A DNA stretch of 63,983 bases, the filler included, from Octopus bimaculoides (taxonomy: Eukaryota), in assembly GCF_001194135.2 (NCBI RefSeq). It is 8 parts of 6 records of this genome, joined end to end, with 100 filler letters (N's around TTAATTAATTAA, not from the genome) between each part and the next. Parts side by side here need not be neighbours in the genome. Positions count along the whole stretch, not along the records: positions 42,736 to 59,080 come from NC_068984.1; positions 59,181 to 60,799 come from NW_026302901.1; positions 60,900 to 62,092 come from NC_068996.1; positions 62,193 to 63,983 come from NC_068987.1; 4 more parts are not named here. The stretch is one strand, 5' to 3'. This document shows, piece after piece, positions 51,103 through 63,835 of the stretch. The notes beneath the pieces were generated by a model, which had not been told where the DNA came from, ran no database searches, and saw only the letters and a list, made by a program, of their open reading frames with translations. The position numbers were made by a program, and so were the translations under genes. Position 1 is the first letter of the stretch, and each line of letters opens with the position of its first letter.

Positions 51103-51342
51103 TTGAAATTCTCTGTCCATTTTAGAAGCTTTGTTCTTACCAGTGAGAATTGTATGGTGTTGACATCATAAGAATTTATAAACTTTTGAGAGAATGTAGA
51201 ATAATTTTTATTTTGGAATAGATCTCAAAGCACAAATAAAGCTATAAATAGCAGCATGTAAATCTAGGATGCATCTCAGCAATTTGCTGAAATATTTTCT
51301 TTTGTAAGGGAGAGGATTGATACCATATTTACTTATTTTGTA

Positions 51343-51810
51343 ATAATCCCTTTTACTAAAGGCACAAGGTCTGAAATTTGTGAGGAGGGGACTAGTTGAT
51401 TACATCAACCTCAGTGTTTCACTGGTACTTAATTTATCGACCCCAGAAAGATGAAAGCAAAGTTGACCTCAGTGGAATTTGAATTCAGAACGTAAAGATG
51501 GTTGAAATACCACTAAGCATTTTGCCCAATGTGCTAACAATTCTGCCAGCTCGCCACCTGACTTATTTTGTAATGATAACAATAATAATAATAATGATTT
51601 CAAATTTTGGCAAAAGGCTAACGATTTTGAGAGAGAGTGTAAGTAGATTACATTGGCCCCAGTACTAAACTAGTACTTATTTCATAGAACCCAAAAGGAT
51701 GAAAAGTAAAGTTGACCCTGGCAACATTCAAACTCAGAATGTAATGACAGACGAAATGTTGCTAAGCATTTTGCCCAGTGTGCTAACAATTCTGCCAGCT
51801 CACCACCTTA
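51343..51810 (-). mobile_element. SINE family C tandem pair
   Basis: Two copies separated by an (AAT)n spacer. Confidence 0.85.
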
Positions 51811-51855
51811 ATAACAATAATAATATTTCAATAACATATATCTATTTTAAATTAG

Positions 51856-52118
51856 CCTTTTAACATTTAAACAAGCCATATTCAGCCCAAATATTATGCC
51901 TGTTTTATGTTCAGACCAGACAAATTTGGTCTTTCACATGTACTATCATTCTACATGTATCATTCTAGCCTCTTACATGTATCTTTCTATATATATCATA
52001 CAATGTCAATCTAAAATTACACAATCTCATCATCAAAATCTTAAAGCCATGAGATAATGAATGAGAAACTTAAAACAATGTGAACAAATAATGACAAAGT
52101 AATCTGAATGCTAACGGG
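51856..52118. mobile_element. piggyBac-type MITE family 1, older copy
   Basis: Collinear with 55356-55563 (cagcccaaatatt..gttttatgt..catcatcaaaatct..aaaacaatgtgaa..gaatgctaacggg|TTAA). Confidence 0.7.
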
Positions 52119-52729
52119 TTAAATTACCTTGTGAGTGTAATTTATTTATTTGTGGAAATCAGATAACTTCTTTCAAATCAGAAGTTACTTCTAATTTTTT
52201 TGTTTTCATTTCTGTTTTCAAATCAGAGAGAATAAAAGAGAAAAAGAGACATTGCTGGTTCATGATGTGCTACACAGACACAGAAATGCCAGCAGCCAGA
52301 CTTGTCCCAGATGTGTGCAGATTGATGGAAATTTTCTGCACAGACTTACTATTGTGTCTGAGTATTGCTCACTTGTGGGGTTATACAATTGTTGTTATTT
52401 GTATGACAGCTAATTATCAGTCAAGTCTATTATGAAGTAATTACAGCATGGAAGGCTCATCTTTGCCATTCAAAAATGGAAGTCTGTTAACTTCATTTAA
52501 TTATTTATTACTTGGTGGCAAAATGTTCATTGTACTGTCTGTGACCTGGTCACAGACACAATTCTACTGCAACAGATCTGAAACTAGGTTGTTGGCCAAT
52601 ATGTATTAGCCTTGGGGTTATAACACCAAATAATAAGTGATCAAGTGAAGTTAACAGCTTTGTATGTTTTTTGAAAAGCTAAAATGAGTCTTCAAAACAG
52701 TAATTTAGTTCCAACACACATCATCATCA

Positions 52730-53110
52730 TCATCATCATTATTTAACATCCATTTTCCATGCTGACATGGGTTGGACAGTTTGACCAGAGCTGGCAAGCT
52801 GAAGAGCTCCAGTCTCATTTGACATGGTTTCTACAGCTTGATACCCTTCCTAATGCCAACTACTTTACAGAGTTGTGCATGAGCGCTTTTGCGTGACACC
52901 AGTAGAGAACTGCAGGCCAATCTTTTTCACCAGTGGAACTGGCCTTAACACTTCTGCTGTGGAGTATGGATCTTCTTGGGTACAGCAAGGCGCCAGGTAT
53001 CTCAGTCCTTTGTCATCTCACCTGAAAGGTTCTTCAAATCAAATCATTTGCAAGGGTGGTGGATCAACAAAATTGTTAGTGCAATAGGACAAAATTCTGG
53101 ATGTAATTTT
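52730..53110 (-). mobile_element. RTE-clade LINE 3' end
   Basis: Minus strand reads GGTGAGATGACAAAGGACTGAGATACCTGG, matching the 45.2-kb copy, with the same tail (catcatcat..tttaacatccattttccatgct on the plus strand). Confidence 0.7.
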
Positions 53111-53394
53111 GATGGATATGTCCCACACTCTGGAGATCTCAATTTCAAGACATTTGTATTTAACCCTTTAACTGCAAAATTAAATTCCATGGTTATACAA
53201 TAATAGTATTAAATTTCTACCAAAAAATAAAATTGGTATTTTCTGCCAATTGACATATCTCAATAAAAAATAGTTTCAAAGATGACATTGTTCAACAAAA
53301 GATAAATTGGAACATAAAAATGCTTTCATTAATTAAGGGTAATGAAATTTTTAAGTGGAAATATCTACTTTCTAAAGTAAATGAATTAAGTAAT

Positions 53395-53760
53395 TTGTCT
53401 GGAAACTTAACTGAGGTATTACAGGCTGCGGGTATTGTCATATCAATCAGTGTACAAGTTTTATCTTTTGTATCTTTTACTTATATCTGGTTTGTTTGCT
53501 TCAATTTCTCTATCAGTCTACACTGCAATGTCCCATAGGATGGAAACATTGTCATTCTTGGCAAACTGTTTCTGGTTGGTGGTCAAACCAGTTTGCAGAG
53601 GCTTTAATGTTATATTCCATGCTGATTTTCCAGGGTAGATTGCTGCTGGCTTGTTGTGTTGGGGGATATATTTGCTTTTACCAATACTGGGCACCTGGAA
53701 ATGATGTGGTCAGTGATTTCTTCAAAGACTCCACATATCTTATACATTTTGTCTATACAA
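53395..53760 (-). mobile_element. Dong/R4-clade LINE C-terminal remnant (CCHC knuckle plus restriction-like endonuclease)
   Basis: Frameshifted minus-strand translation: CG..EEITDHIISRCPVL...WFDHQPETV..NDNVSILWDIAV*TDREIEANKPDI..KDKTCTLIDMTIP. Confidence 0.8.
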
Positions 53761-53804
53761 AATGAAATTTTCTGTGAAAGCAATAATAAATTATAACAAC
53801 CTCT

Positions 53805-54330
53805 GTATTTGACTGTACTTTATTTCATTGACTCTTTATGAATAAAAAGCAAAGTTGATCTAGGTAGAATTTGAACTCAAAATGTAGACAGCAGGATCAA
53901 ATATTGGCTTCAAATTTTTTTGGCACAATGCCTGTAATTTCAGTGAAGGGGTTGAACAATTACATCGACCCCAGTGTTCAACTGAAACTAATTTTATCAA
54001 CCCCGAAAGGATGAAAGACAAATTTGACCACAGCAAAATTTGAACTCAGAATGTAAAGACAGACAAAATGCTGCTAAGCATTTTGCCCAGCATGATAATA
54101 ATTCTACCAGTCTGCCACCTTAAGTAGGACGAAATATTAAAAGGCCTTTTGTCTGTAGCTCTAACAATTCTGTCAAATAATTACCTTTAATTTCTAACGT
54201 TGGTACAAGTCCATAAGTTTTGGAAGAGGGATTAGTCAATGAAATCAGTCCCAGTACTTTATCTTATTGATATCTGAAGGATGAAAGGCAAAAATTGATT
54301 TAGGTGAGATTTACACTCAGAAGGTAAAGA
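53805..54330 (-). mobile_element. SINE family C cluster (3 copies or fragments)
   Basis: Three cores at about 53.85, 54.0 and 54.28 kb. Confidence 0.75.
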
Positions 54331-55083
54331 GTCAAAAGAAAATTCGATTTTTTTTTTCTTTTTATTCCAGATATAGAGAATGCATTTTGAGACACATCAG
54401 TTATCTAAAATGGACAAAATTCTTGAAGAATTTTAAGCTAATTCACATTTTAGTACTTAATTATTTTGTAAATTATAAGTTGGAACTGATTAGAAACGTA
54501 ACTTTAATGGCCTACAGCATTTTCTAATCTTGCTCTTCTTTTTTTTTCTTTTAAGACTTAGGAATTTCAGAATATTTGGCTGCTCTCATCATTCATTTGC
54601 CAAGGAGCTGAAGAATTAAAAATATCCAGTATTTTTGCATCTCATTCTCTCCCTCTCTCTCTCTCTTGTTTTTTCTTTCCTTTGATGACTCTGGAGTTTT
54701 AGAATTTGTAGCTATTCTCATCTTTCACCTTGCTAAGCAATTAAAGAATTGAGAAAAATAACTTTCTGGATGTTCTCAAATGTTGCTATTTTACAAGCCA
54801 ATAAATCAGGAGACAGTGATATTCAAGATAATTTTCTGCCAGAGATTCTTAGTGTAGCTTTAGTATCTCCCATTTCCATGAGATAAAGTTTCCAGGAATT
54901 TGCTCTGTCATTCATGTACTTTGATTTACATATTTTGAGTTGCATTTTTGGAAAATTAGATTCTATATTTATTAACTCTTCTGTAACCATATTTCTTTTG
55001 AAATACACAGTTTTTCTTTCAATGAAGTTGGAAAAAAATGAAGAATTTATTAAAGTAATTCATCACTATTAAGTTGATGTTTA

Positions 55084-55306
55084 CAAGTAGGTGCTGAAAA
55101 GTTCTTGGCTTTAAGAGTATCATGAAAGGCCTGGTTGGCGGTCCAATCTTCCAAGTTCTTTTACAGGGCTTAGAAAAACTGAAGGACTGCTGGACCACTG
55201 CAATAAGAGTGTGAATCTGAGAGAGAGGAATATGTTGAATAAAATCATAATTAACTGATCCTCCTCTATTTTCATTTACCCAAAATCAGGAACTTTTCAG
55301 CACATA
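55084..55306 (+). mobile_element. Mariner-derived MITE-like deletion derivative
   Basis: Inverted ends GTGCTGAAAAGTTCTTGGCTTT / AAAATCAGGAACTTTTCAGCAC; the interior retains the mariner C-terminus (LEKLKD..C.K.VNLR.EYVE). Confidence 0.75.
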
Positions 55307-55355
55307 CAACACAAAATAAATTTTTAATAAGAGGTTTAACTTTACGTCACTTTAA

Positions 55356-55563
55356 CCCTTTAGCATTGAAATAGGCCATATCCAGCCCAAATATTCTACT
55401 GGTTTTATGTGTAAAATGACCAGACTAAGCATCTCTCACCTACTCTGCAATGTAAACTATCACATCATCAAAATCTCAAAGTTACATGATAATACATGAT
55501 TAATTCGAAACAATGTGAATAAATAAGCATTAGTTTTGACAAAATAACGTGAATGCTAAAGGC
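55356..55563. mobile_element. piggyBac-type MITE family 1
   Basis: TTAA|CCCTTTAGCATT...AATGCTAAAGGC|TTAA. Confidence 0.8.
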
Positions 55564-56290
55564 TTAAAATAGGAAGTCTGGACCTTAAAATCAAAGGTGA
55601 TCAAGGATGGGTTGGTATCAAAAGTGTTAACTTGTTTTATCTTATTCAAAGTTACTTATATCACATGTTGTTGAGTGAGTAAATAAGGAATCAGATTTGG
55701 TTTCTTGAAGACTAAATGCATTAATATTATAGAATTTATCTGTAGAGAATAAATCTTTAAAAGTACTAATTTAAATACCACACATACATAATACATACAT
55801 ATAGACATGCAGGCATGCATATATATGTACCTAAACATACACATATGCACATGTATACATGCATACAAACATACACATACATGCACACACACAGAGAATA
55901 TATACATATGCGTGTGTGTACATATATATATATATATAAAGTGATGGCTTTTTGCCAGCATAATGAGGCAATCCCAGGAAGGGGAGGAATGTTACTGTGA
56001 TTTAGCCCCAAGAAACACCGGTTCTAGCTGGCTTTATGATACAAACGTTCTGTGTCCTTACGTTTTCGAACAGGGGAGATTAGCACCTCCAGCCAGCAAA
56101 ACCCAGCATCCACAGACTATTTCTATATATATATATATATAACAAATTATTACAAATTAAAAGGGTAAAGGATTATCAATTTATCAACTCATTAATAAAT
56201 CAACAATTAATAATTAATAATTTTTACCAAGCCCATCGGTACGTAAGCACCATTATTGGTGGAGAACTTATTTAAAAGCTCATATATATT

Positions 56291-56410
56291 TATAAACATA
56301 ATTAAGGGATCAGCAAATATTTGCTTCACCATATACCGAAGTTCAGAAATAGCAGCCAAAAAAGCTATATGGTGAAGCAAATATTTGCTGATCCCTTAAT
56401 TATGTTTATA
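56291..56410. repeat. Perfect 45-bp inverted repeat with a 30-bp spacer
   Basis: TATAAACATAATTAAGGGATCAGCAAATATTTGCTTCACCATATA (56291-56335) and its exact reverse complement (56366-56410), next to a gap. Confidence 0.9.
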
Positions 56411-57357
56411 TATATATANNNNNNNNNNNNNNNNNNNNNNNNNNNNNNNNNNNNNNNNNNNNNNNNNNNNNNNNNNNNNNNNNNNNNNNNNNNNNNNNNN
56501 NNNNNNNNNNNNNNNNNNNNNNNNNNNNNNNNNNNNNNNNNNNNNNNNNNNNNNNNNNNNNNNNNNNNNNNNNNNNNNNNNNNNNNNNNNNNNNNNNNNN
56601 NNNNNNNNNNNNNNNNNNNNNNNNNNNNNNNNNNNNNNNNNNNNNNNNNNNNNNNNNNNNNNNNNNNNNNNNNNNNNNNNNNNNNNNNNNNNNNNNNNNN
56701 NNNNNNNNNNNNNNNNNNNNNNNNNNNNNNNNNNNNNNNNNNNNNNNNNNNNNNNNNNNNNNNNNNNNNNNNNNNNNNNNNNNNNNNNNNNNNNNNNNNN
56801 NNNNNNNNNNNNNNNNNNNNNNNNNNNNNNNNNNNNNNNNNNNNNNNNNNNNNNNNNNNNNNNNNNNNNNNNNNNNNNNNNNNNNNNNNNNNNNNNNNNN
56901 NNNNNNNNNNNNNNNNNNNNNNNNNNNNNNNNNNNNNNNNNNNNNNNNNNNNNNNNNNNNNNNNNNNNNNNNNNNNNNNNNNNNNNNNNNNNNNNNNNNN
57001 NNNNNNNNNNNNNNNGGGGAGAACTATAGAAAGCACTGGGGTTTTAGAAGGGTCAAGACTTTTCATTAAAGTATAATATTTAAAGCAGGTACAAGACATA
57101 TTTTAAACACATCTAAGAAACTAAAAGAAACTGTCAAGATTAGTATTGTGTTATCTTTGGGCAGAAATATGACAGATGCAACATTAAGAGCTGATATAAG
57201 TACATTATAGAGTAAGGACTTTAATAATTTCCTTTTAAAATTTTTACCCTTTTATTCTCATGTTTCTGTTGCCGTTGTGGTAATTAATCCTGGAAACTAA
57301 TGAAGAATTTAGTGAAATAACTTTGTCATTATCAAGCTGGTGTATGAAACATAAATT

Positions 57358-57566
57358 GGTTTCAAATTTTGGAACAAGGTCAGCAATTTCAGGGATTGAG
57401 TAAGTCAATTACATTGACCCCAGTGTTCAACTGGTTCTTATTTTATCGACCCCAAAAAGATGAAAGGCAAAGTTGACCCCAGTGGTATTTGAACTCAGAA
57501 CCTCAAACTGGAAGAAATACCACTAAGCACTGTTTCCAGCATGGTAAAAGTTCTGCCAGCTTACCA
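57358..57566 (-). mobile_element. SINE family C inserted in a MITE, with TSD
   Basis: TATG(A/G)AACATAAATT at 57343-57357 and 57567-57581. Confidence 0.85.
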
Positions 57567-57624
57567 TATGGAACATAAATTCACATGAAATTTTGATGGA
57601 AGGTTTTAATTTAGATCACTTTAA

Positions 57625-57826
57625 CCCTTTTGCTACCATATTTCTCTTAAAATAAACTGCCATCTTTTCAATTAGTTTTGAAAATAACAAAGAATTTAGT
57701 AAAATAATTTTGTATGTAACAAATTTTCATGAAATTTTGATGGAAAGATTTAATTTAAATCAGTTTAAATAGGAACACAGTATCATGAAACCAGAAGTGT
57801 TATCAGGCAGGTTCATATGAAAAGGG
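57625..57826. mobile_element. piggyBac-type MITE family 2, nested in an older copy of itself
   Basis: TTAA|CCCTTTT...AAAAGGG|TTAA; the interior duplicates sequence at 57245-57620. Confidence 0.8.
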
Positions 57827-58203
57827 TTAATACAAGGAACATTATTCTATAGAAATATCTAAAATAAGGAACATCTGGATGAAGTACAAATAAATTAATA
57901 AGTAAATAAATACATAAATAAATAAATAAACTGCTGCACAAAATTAGCTTCCATTTAATTAAAATATTCTAATGAGTGGTTTTGCTTTTGTGTTATTTTT
58001 TCTTTGCAAAACATTGGAGTGGGTTTTTTTTTTTGTCAATGCTATGGGATAAATCGAGATGATGAATGACAAAAGGTTACGAACAACTGATGTAAATCAT
58101 AATTAGATGTTAGCAGAAACAAATTACATTACAGCATCTCAATTTGAGAAGATAGGACGGCAGGTGTGTAAAAGTGTAATTAGTGACCAAGTCATCCAGG
58201 TAG

Positions 58204-58246
<43 letters not shown>

Positions 58247-58256
58247 CATACATACA

Positions 58257-58287
<31 letters not shown>

Positions 58288-58318
58288 GTGCATGTGTGTA
58301 TATTGCTCTCTATGTATG

Positions 58319-58364
<46 letters not shown>

Positions 58365-58482
58365 CATACATGCATATATACACCACACACACATGTGTAC
58401 ATATTTTTCATATTGTTACATACATATCTAATATATATATATATAAATACACACACACATATATTTGTGTGTGTGTGTGTGA

Positions 58483-58584
<102 letters not shown>

Positions 58585-59032
58585 NNNNNNNNNNTATACA
58601 GATATACACACACACACACACATACACACACATACACAAACACACATATGTATGGCAGCTCTCCATCATTCAATGACAAGAATTCAGTTTTTGAATGAAC
58701 CTAATTAGAATGCTCATTGAATTAACATGTAAGTGGCTGAGCACTCCACAGACACATGTACTCTTAATATTATTCACAAGTAGTATCAGTGTGTGATACA
58801 GAGTATAACAGGGCTGTGCCTTTTCTCTTTTTTTGTGAATTACTTGTATAATCAACCTGACAGGCTTCTATACAGTTTCCATCTACCCTGCTTCACTCAC
58901 AAAGTATAGCAATAGAAAATGACATTGCCCAAGGTACATAACATCTTGGTCAAATGTGACTTTGGGGCAAACTTCTTAGTCAACCAATCTGCACCTGTAT
59001 ATGTGTGTGTGTGTGTTTGTGTGTATATATTC

Positions 59033-59080
<48 letters not shown>

Positions 59081-59599
59081 NNNNNNNNNNNNNNNNNNNN
59101 NNNNNNNNNNNNNNNNNNNNNNNNTTAATTAATTAANNNNNNNNNNNNNNNNNNNNNNNNNNNNNNNNNNNNNNNNNNNNGTGTGGGTGTGGGTGTGTGT
59201 GTGTGTGTGTGTGTAACATAATAACAAAATACAAAAGCAAATTGAAAAAATATAAAGATAAACATTTTCTAAGAGACAGTTTTCTTTATATTAGGGGAAA
59301 TTTCTGGCGTGTTTTACCTTAATTTTATGTCTGCTCAGGCCAGAAAAAAAACATATATATAGAAAATTGATAAATCCAGTGTGGCAGGCAAGCAGACCCG
59401 TTGATTTGTTAATTTTATAATCAGTTATAGACGTTTTTTGTTCTTTTGTTTCTGTTTTCTGTGTATGCATATGTGTTTTTGAGTGTTTTTTTGTTCTAGA
59501 TAATTCTATTAAATTAACCGGATGTTGGTATATACGTCTCCACCAAAACGTATTTTCTTTCACGTTAAATAAGTAAAATGGTTATTATGTATATGTGTA

Positions 59600-59642
59600 T
59601 GCGTTTATGTGTGTGTGTGTGTGTGTTACGTGATAGACAGAC

Positions 59643-59691
<49 letters not shown>

Positions 59692-59942
59692 CACTCACAG
59701 ACAGAGATAGATAGAGAGAGGGGGAGGGAGATAGATAGATACATACATACATACATACATACATACATACATAGAGAGAGAGTATGAGAAAAAAGATAGA
59801 GAGAGAGAGAGAGAGAAAGAGAGACAGAGATAGAAAGACAGACAGAGAGAGAGTGAGGGAGATAGTTAGACATATACATACATACATACATACATACATA
59901 CATACATACATACATACATACATAGAGAGAGGCTATGAGACA

Positions 59943-59989
<47 letters not shown>

Positions 59990-60250
59990 CATACATACAT
60001 ACATACATACATACATAAAGCGAGGATGGGATAAAAAAGAAAGTTAGATAGGTAGAGAGAGAAAGAAAGATAGAGAGAGAGAAGGAGAAATATAGATAAA
60101 CAGATACATATGTGCATACGTGCACACATTCATACACACATGCATACATACATACCCACATGCATATACGCACACACAAACACACACACATACATACATG
60201 CATGCATACATACGTACATGCAAACATACATAGAGAGAAGATGTGAGAAA

Positions 60251-60285
<35 letters not shown>

Positions 60286-60310
60286 CATGCATACATACAT
60301 ACATACATGT
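59600..60310. repeat. Higher-order mosaic of (TAGA)n/(GA)n/(TACA)n
   Basis: Recurring junction motif ACATAGAGAG..ATG(A/T)GA(A/C)AAAAG. Confidence 0.85.
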
Positions 60311-60924
60311 GTACATTCACAAACACAAATCCAAACACACATATTCAGCTCCATAGACATTGCAAACGCCTTCAGTTCCAAGTCTGTATATAAATATATG
60401 CATGTATATGTATATCCGGTGCGTTTTCTTATTCCACTATAATTTGAGAATCCAAAGTTTAAGTGCCAAGATTTACTACCAACGTAGACTTGACGACAGC
60501 CACTTGTCTATGGTTTCCTGTGCATTTATTCAATTACACATACACACACACACAAATACACACACACTCACTCACACACACTCACTCACACACACACATT
60601 CACACACACGCACACACACACATAGTGTATACGTGTCTCTATATATAGGTATATGCACACATGTGCACACACATATAAATGCGTATATCTTATATTTATG
60701 CGTGTGTATATGATGCCTAGATAGATAGATAGATACTCCTATGCATAAATATATATATATACACACAAATACATATGTGTATGTGTGTGTATATATATAN
60801 NNNNNNNNNNNNNNNNNNNNNNNNNNNNNNNNNNNNNNNNNNNTTAATTAATTAANNNNNNNNNNNNNNNNNNNNNNNNNNNNNNNNNNNNNNNNNNNNG
60901 GACGTTAAACGACGATGATGATAT

Positions 60925-61312
60925 TACTCTTTTACTTGTTTCAGTCATTTGACTGTGGCCATGCTGGTGCACTACCTTTAGTCAAACGAATCAACCCCAC
61001 CACTTATTCTTTGTAAGCCTAGTACTTATTCTATTGGGATCTTTTGCTGAACTGCTAAGTTACAGGGGATGTAAACACACCAACATCGGTTGTCAAGCGA
61101 TAGTGGGGGGTGTCAAACACAGACACACAAGCATAAATATATATATATATATATATACGACAGGCTTCTTTCAGTTTCCTTCTACCAAATCCACTGACAG
61201 GGCTTTGGTCGGCCTGAGGCTATAGTAGAAGACACTTGCACAAGGTACCATGCAGTGGGCTTGAACCCAGAACCATATAGTTGGGAACCACACAGCTATG
61301 CTTGTGCCTATA
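60925..61312 (-). mobile_element. SINE family A/B, full length
   Basis: Collinear with 18615-19045. Confidence 0.88.
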
Positions 61313-62192
61313 TGTAAAACTATATATATTATATGGGTTTTATGTTATAGCTAACAAAAGATGATCTCTGATGAGCTATTACACTTCAAAACATTTATTT
61401 CATCTGGTTGATGGATTGGCCTAAAAATGCTTTCAGCGTGTATCAGTTAGGCTGATCAATTGGCCTGGGTGTCCCAACAGGGTTAAGTAAAGAGAGGATA
61501 CATTGTAGAATGTAGTCTGGAATGGCTTTGATTACAGCTCTGTTGACTCAGGGTTAAACAGCAATGATTATATTAGCAACTATGATGCTGATGAACATAT
61601 CTCTACCTGGTTGGTTGACATGCTAGAAGTGGCAAGCAAATTGCTCTCAAGTTACATCCGGATGTCTTAAATAAAGAAAGTATCTATTAAATGATGTAGT
61701 TCAAAATATTACCCATAAAGGATAGAATGACCACAGTTGAAATGCCTTTAATCATATGTCCTGATGTCTGGGCTGCCTTGGAGTTAGAAAACAACATAAG
61801 ATAAAGAGATGCAATCCCAGTCAGCCAAAGTTCAAACCTGGATTTGGTGCCTTAGTTAAGATATCATTTCATAAATCTTTCTAATATTTATATATTGCAT
61901 TTTTCATGTTATATTTTTTATTTTATTCATCAGTCTTTTACTGAACTACTATGTCATGGGGATGTAAATAGACCAACACTGGTTGTCAAGTGATGATGGG
62001 AAATAAACATAGAGAGAAAGGGACACACACAACTATATATGTATATATGTGTGCGTGTGTGTATATGTGTGTGTATGTATATATATATATATNNNNNNNN
62101 NNNNNNNNNNNNNNNNNNNNNNNNNNNNNNNNNNNNTTAATTAATTAANNNNNNNNNNNNNNNNNNNNNNNNNNNNNNNNNNNNNNNNNNNN

Positions 62193-62775
62193 ATTTTAGA
62201 TAGTTCGTTTAGTGTCCAGTTAAGGATATTGTAGCTGTAACTTATAACTGGGACAGCTAAAGTGTTAATACCTATTATTTTGTTTTTAACATTGAGCTCT
62301 GTTTTTAGTATTGATCTAACTCGTCTATAGTACTCTTTCTTTATTTTTTCTTTCATTTGTGTGTGTTGTATCCTATCTAGTTCATTGACTCCTAAATATT
62401 TGTATGGCTGGCTTTCGTCTAGTTCTCTTATTTCATTGGCTTTATCGAGTGTGATGTTGCTACTTTTTACTAATTTTCCTCTTTTCAGGGTTGCTTTGGC
62501 ACATTTTTCTAATCCGAATTTCATATCTATTTCCTTGGTAAAGCCATGTACTGTCTGTAGTAGTGTTTCTAGCTCTTTGTCATTTCTGGCGTATAATTTT
62601 AGGTCATCCATATATAAAAGGTGGCTGACTGTTTTTCCGTAACATTTGTATCCGCATCCAGTTCTATTTAGCAATTCAGTTAAAGGTGTGAGTGCCAGGC
62701 AGAACAGGAGTGGAGAGAGCGTGTCTCCCTGGAATATTCCTCTTCTAATGGGGATGGCTTTCGTTTTCACAAGTC
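62193..62775 (-). mobile_element. Dong/R4-clade non-LTR retrotransposon RT fragment, 5'-truncated, relatively young
   Basis: About 190 open codons: IPIRRGIFQGDTLSPLLFCLAL..SHLLYMDDLKLYA..KFGLEKCA..YKYLGV..KNKIIGINTLAVPVISYS. The truncation point abuts a (TAA)n tract and the fragment runs into a gap. Confidence 0.92.
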
Positions 62776-62824
62776 CCTCTTTTTATTTTATTATTATTGT
62801 TATTATTATTATTATCATTATTAT

Positions 62825-63165
62825 TAAAGCAGCGAGCTGCCAGAATTGTCAAGAAATATTAGCACACTGGTGTTGATAAATTAAGTATCAGTTGCGTATT
62901 GGGTTTGATCTAATCAAATTTCAAGCCTTGTGCCTATAGTAGAAAGGATTATTATTATTAAGGTGGCGAGCTGGCTGAATCATTAGCACACTGGGTGAAA
63001 TGCTTAGCGGTATTTTGTCTGTTGCTACGATCTGAGTTCAAATTCTGCTGAGGTTGACTTTGCCTTTCATCCTTTTAGGGTCAATAAATTAAGTACCAGT
63101 GAAACACTGTGACTAGTCTCCTCCCTCAAAATTTCAAGGCCTTGTGCCTTCAGTAGAAAGGAATA
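62825..63165 (+). mobile_element. SINE family C, deleted copy plus full copy in tandem
   Basis: gcgagctgccagaa.. and gcgagctggctgaa.., separated by (TTA)n. Confidence 0.85.
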
Positions 63166-63386
63166 TTATTATTATTATATTATTATTATGTATACCCGTA
63201 CACAACGCACCACCAGCACACATACTCACACTAAAAATAACCAAAGAANNNNNNNNNNNNNNNNNNNNNNNNNNNNNNNNNNNNNNNNNNNNNNNNNNNN
63301 NNNNNNNNNNNNNNNNNNNNNNNNNNNNNNNNNNNNNNNNNNNNNNNNTCCTATTTAATATCTGTGTTTCTGTGTGTATGTGTGTG

Positions 63387-63420
<34 letters not shown>

Positions 63421-63689
63421 CACACACACATATGCACTCACACATGCACAGACATACAGCTAAAGATACATGCATATTCTACATACATATTCTTTCTTCT
63501 TTATCATCATCATTGTCATCATTTTAATGTTCACTTTTCCAGTGCTAGCATGGAGTTAATCGAGGCAGGTTCTCTACTTGAGTACAGAAAGATCTTCTGT
63601 TTGAGTATATGTGTGGGGCCCTCTCTTGATGCGGAGCCCTTGTTTGAACAAATTTATCTAATTGGCTTAAAACTGACCATGATGTGTCT

Positions 63690-63835
63690 ATGAATGTTTT
63701 TACAACAAGTTTTATTTAGTCTCTATCTAACAAATCCACTTGCAAAGCTTTGTAGAAAACATTTGTCCAAAGTGCCACACAGTGGAACTGAACCTGAAAC
63801 TTTGATTGGAAACAAATTTCTGAACCACACTTGTA
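63690..63835 (-). mobile_element. SINE family A part
   Basis: caaatccacttgcaaagctttg..gtccaaagtgccacacagtggaactgaacctgaaac. Confidence 0.7.

Noticed and set aside
56336-56375. GAAA-TAGC-loop-GCTA-TA resembling hammerhead stem III
   Set aside because: The upstream CCGAAGT does not match CUGANGA and there is no stem II.
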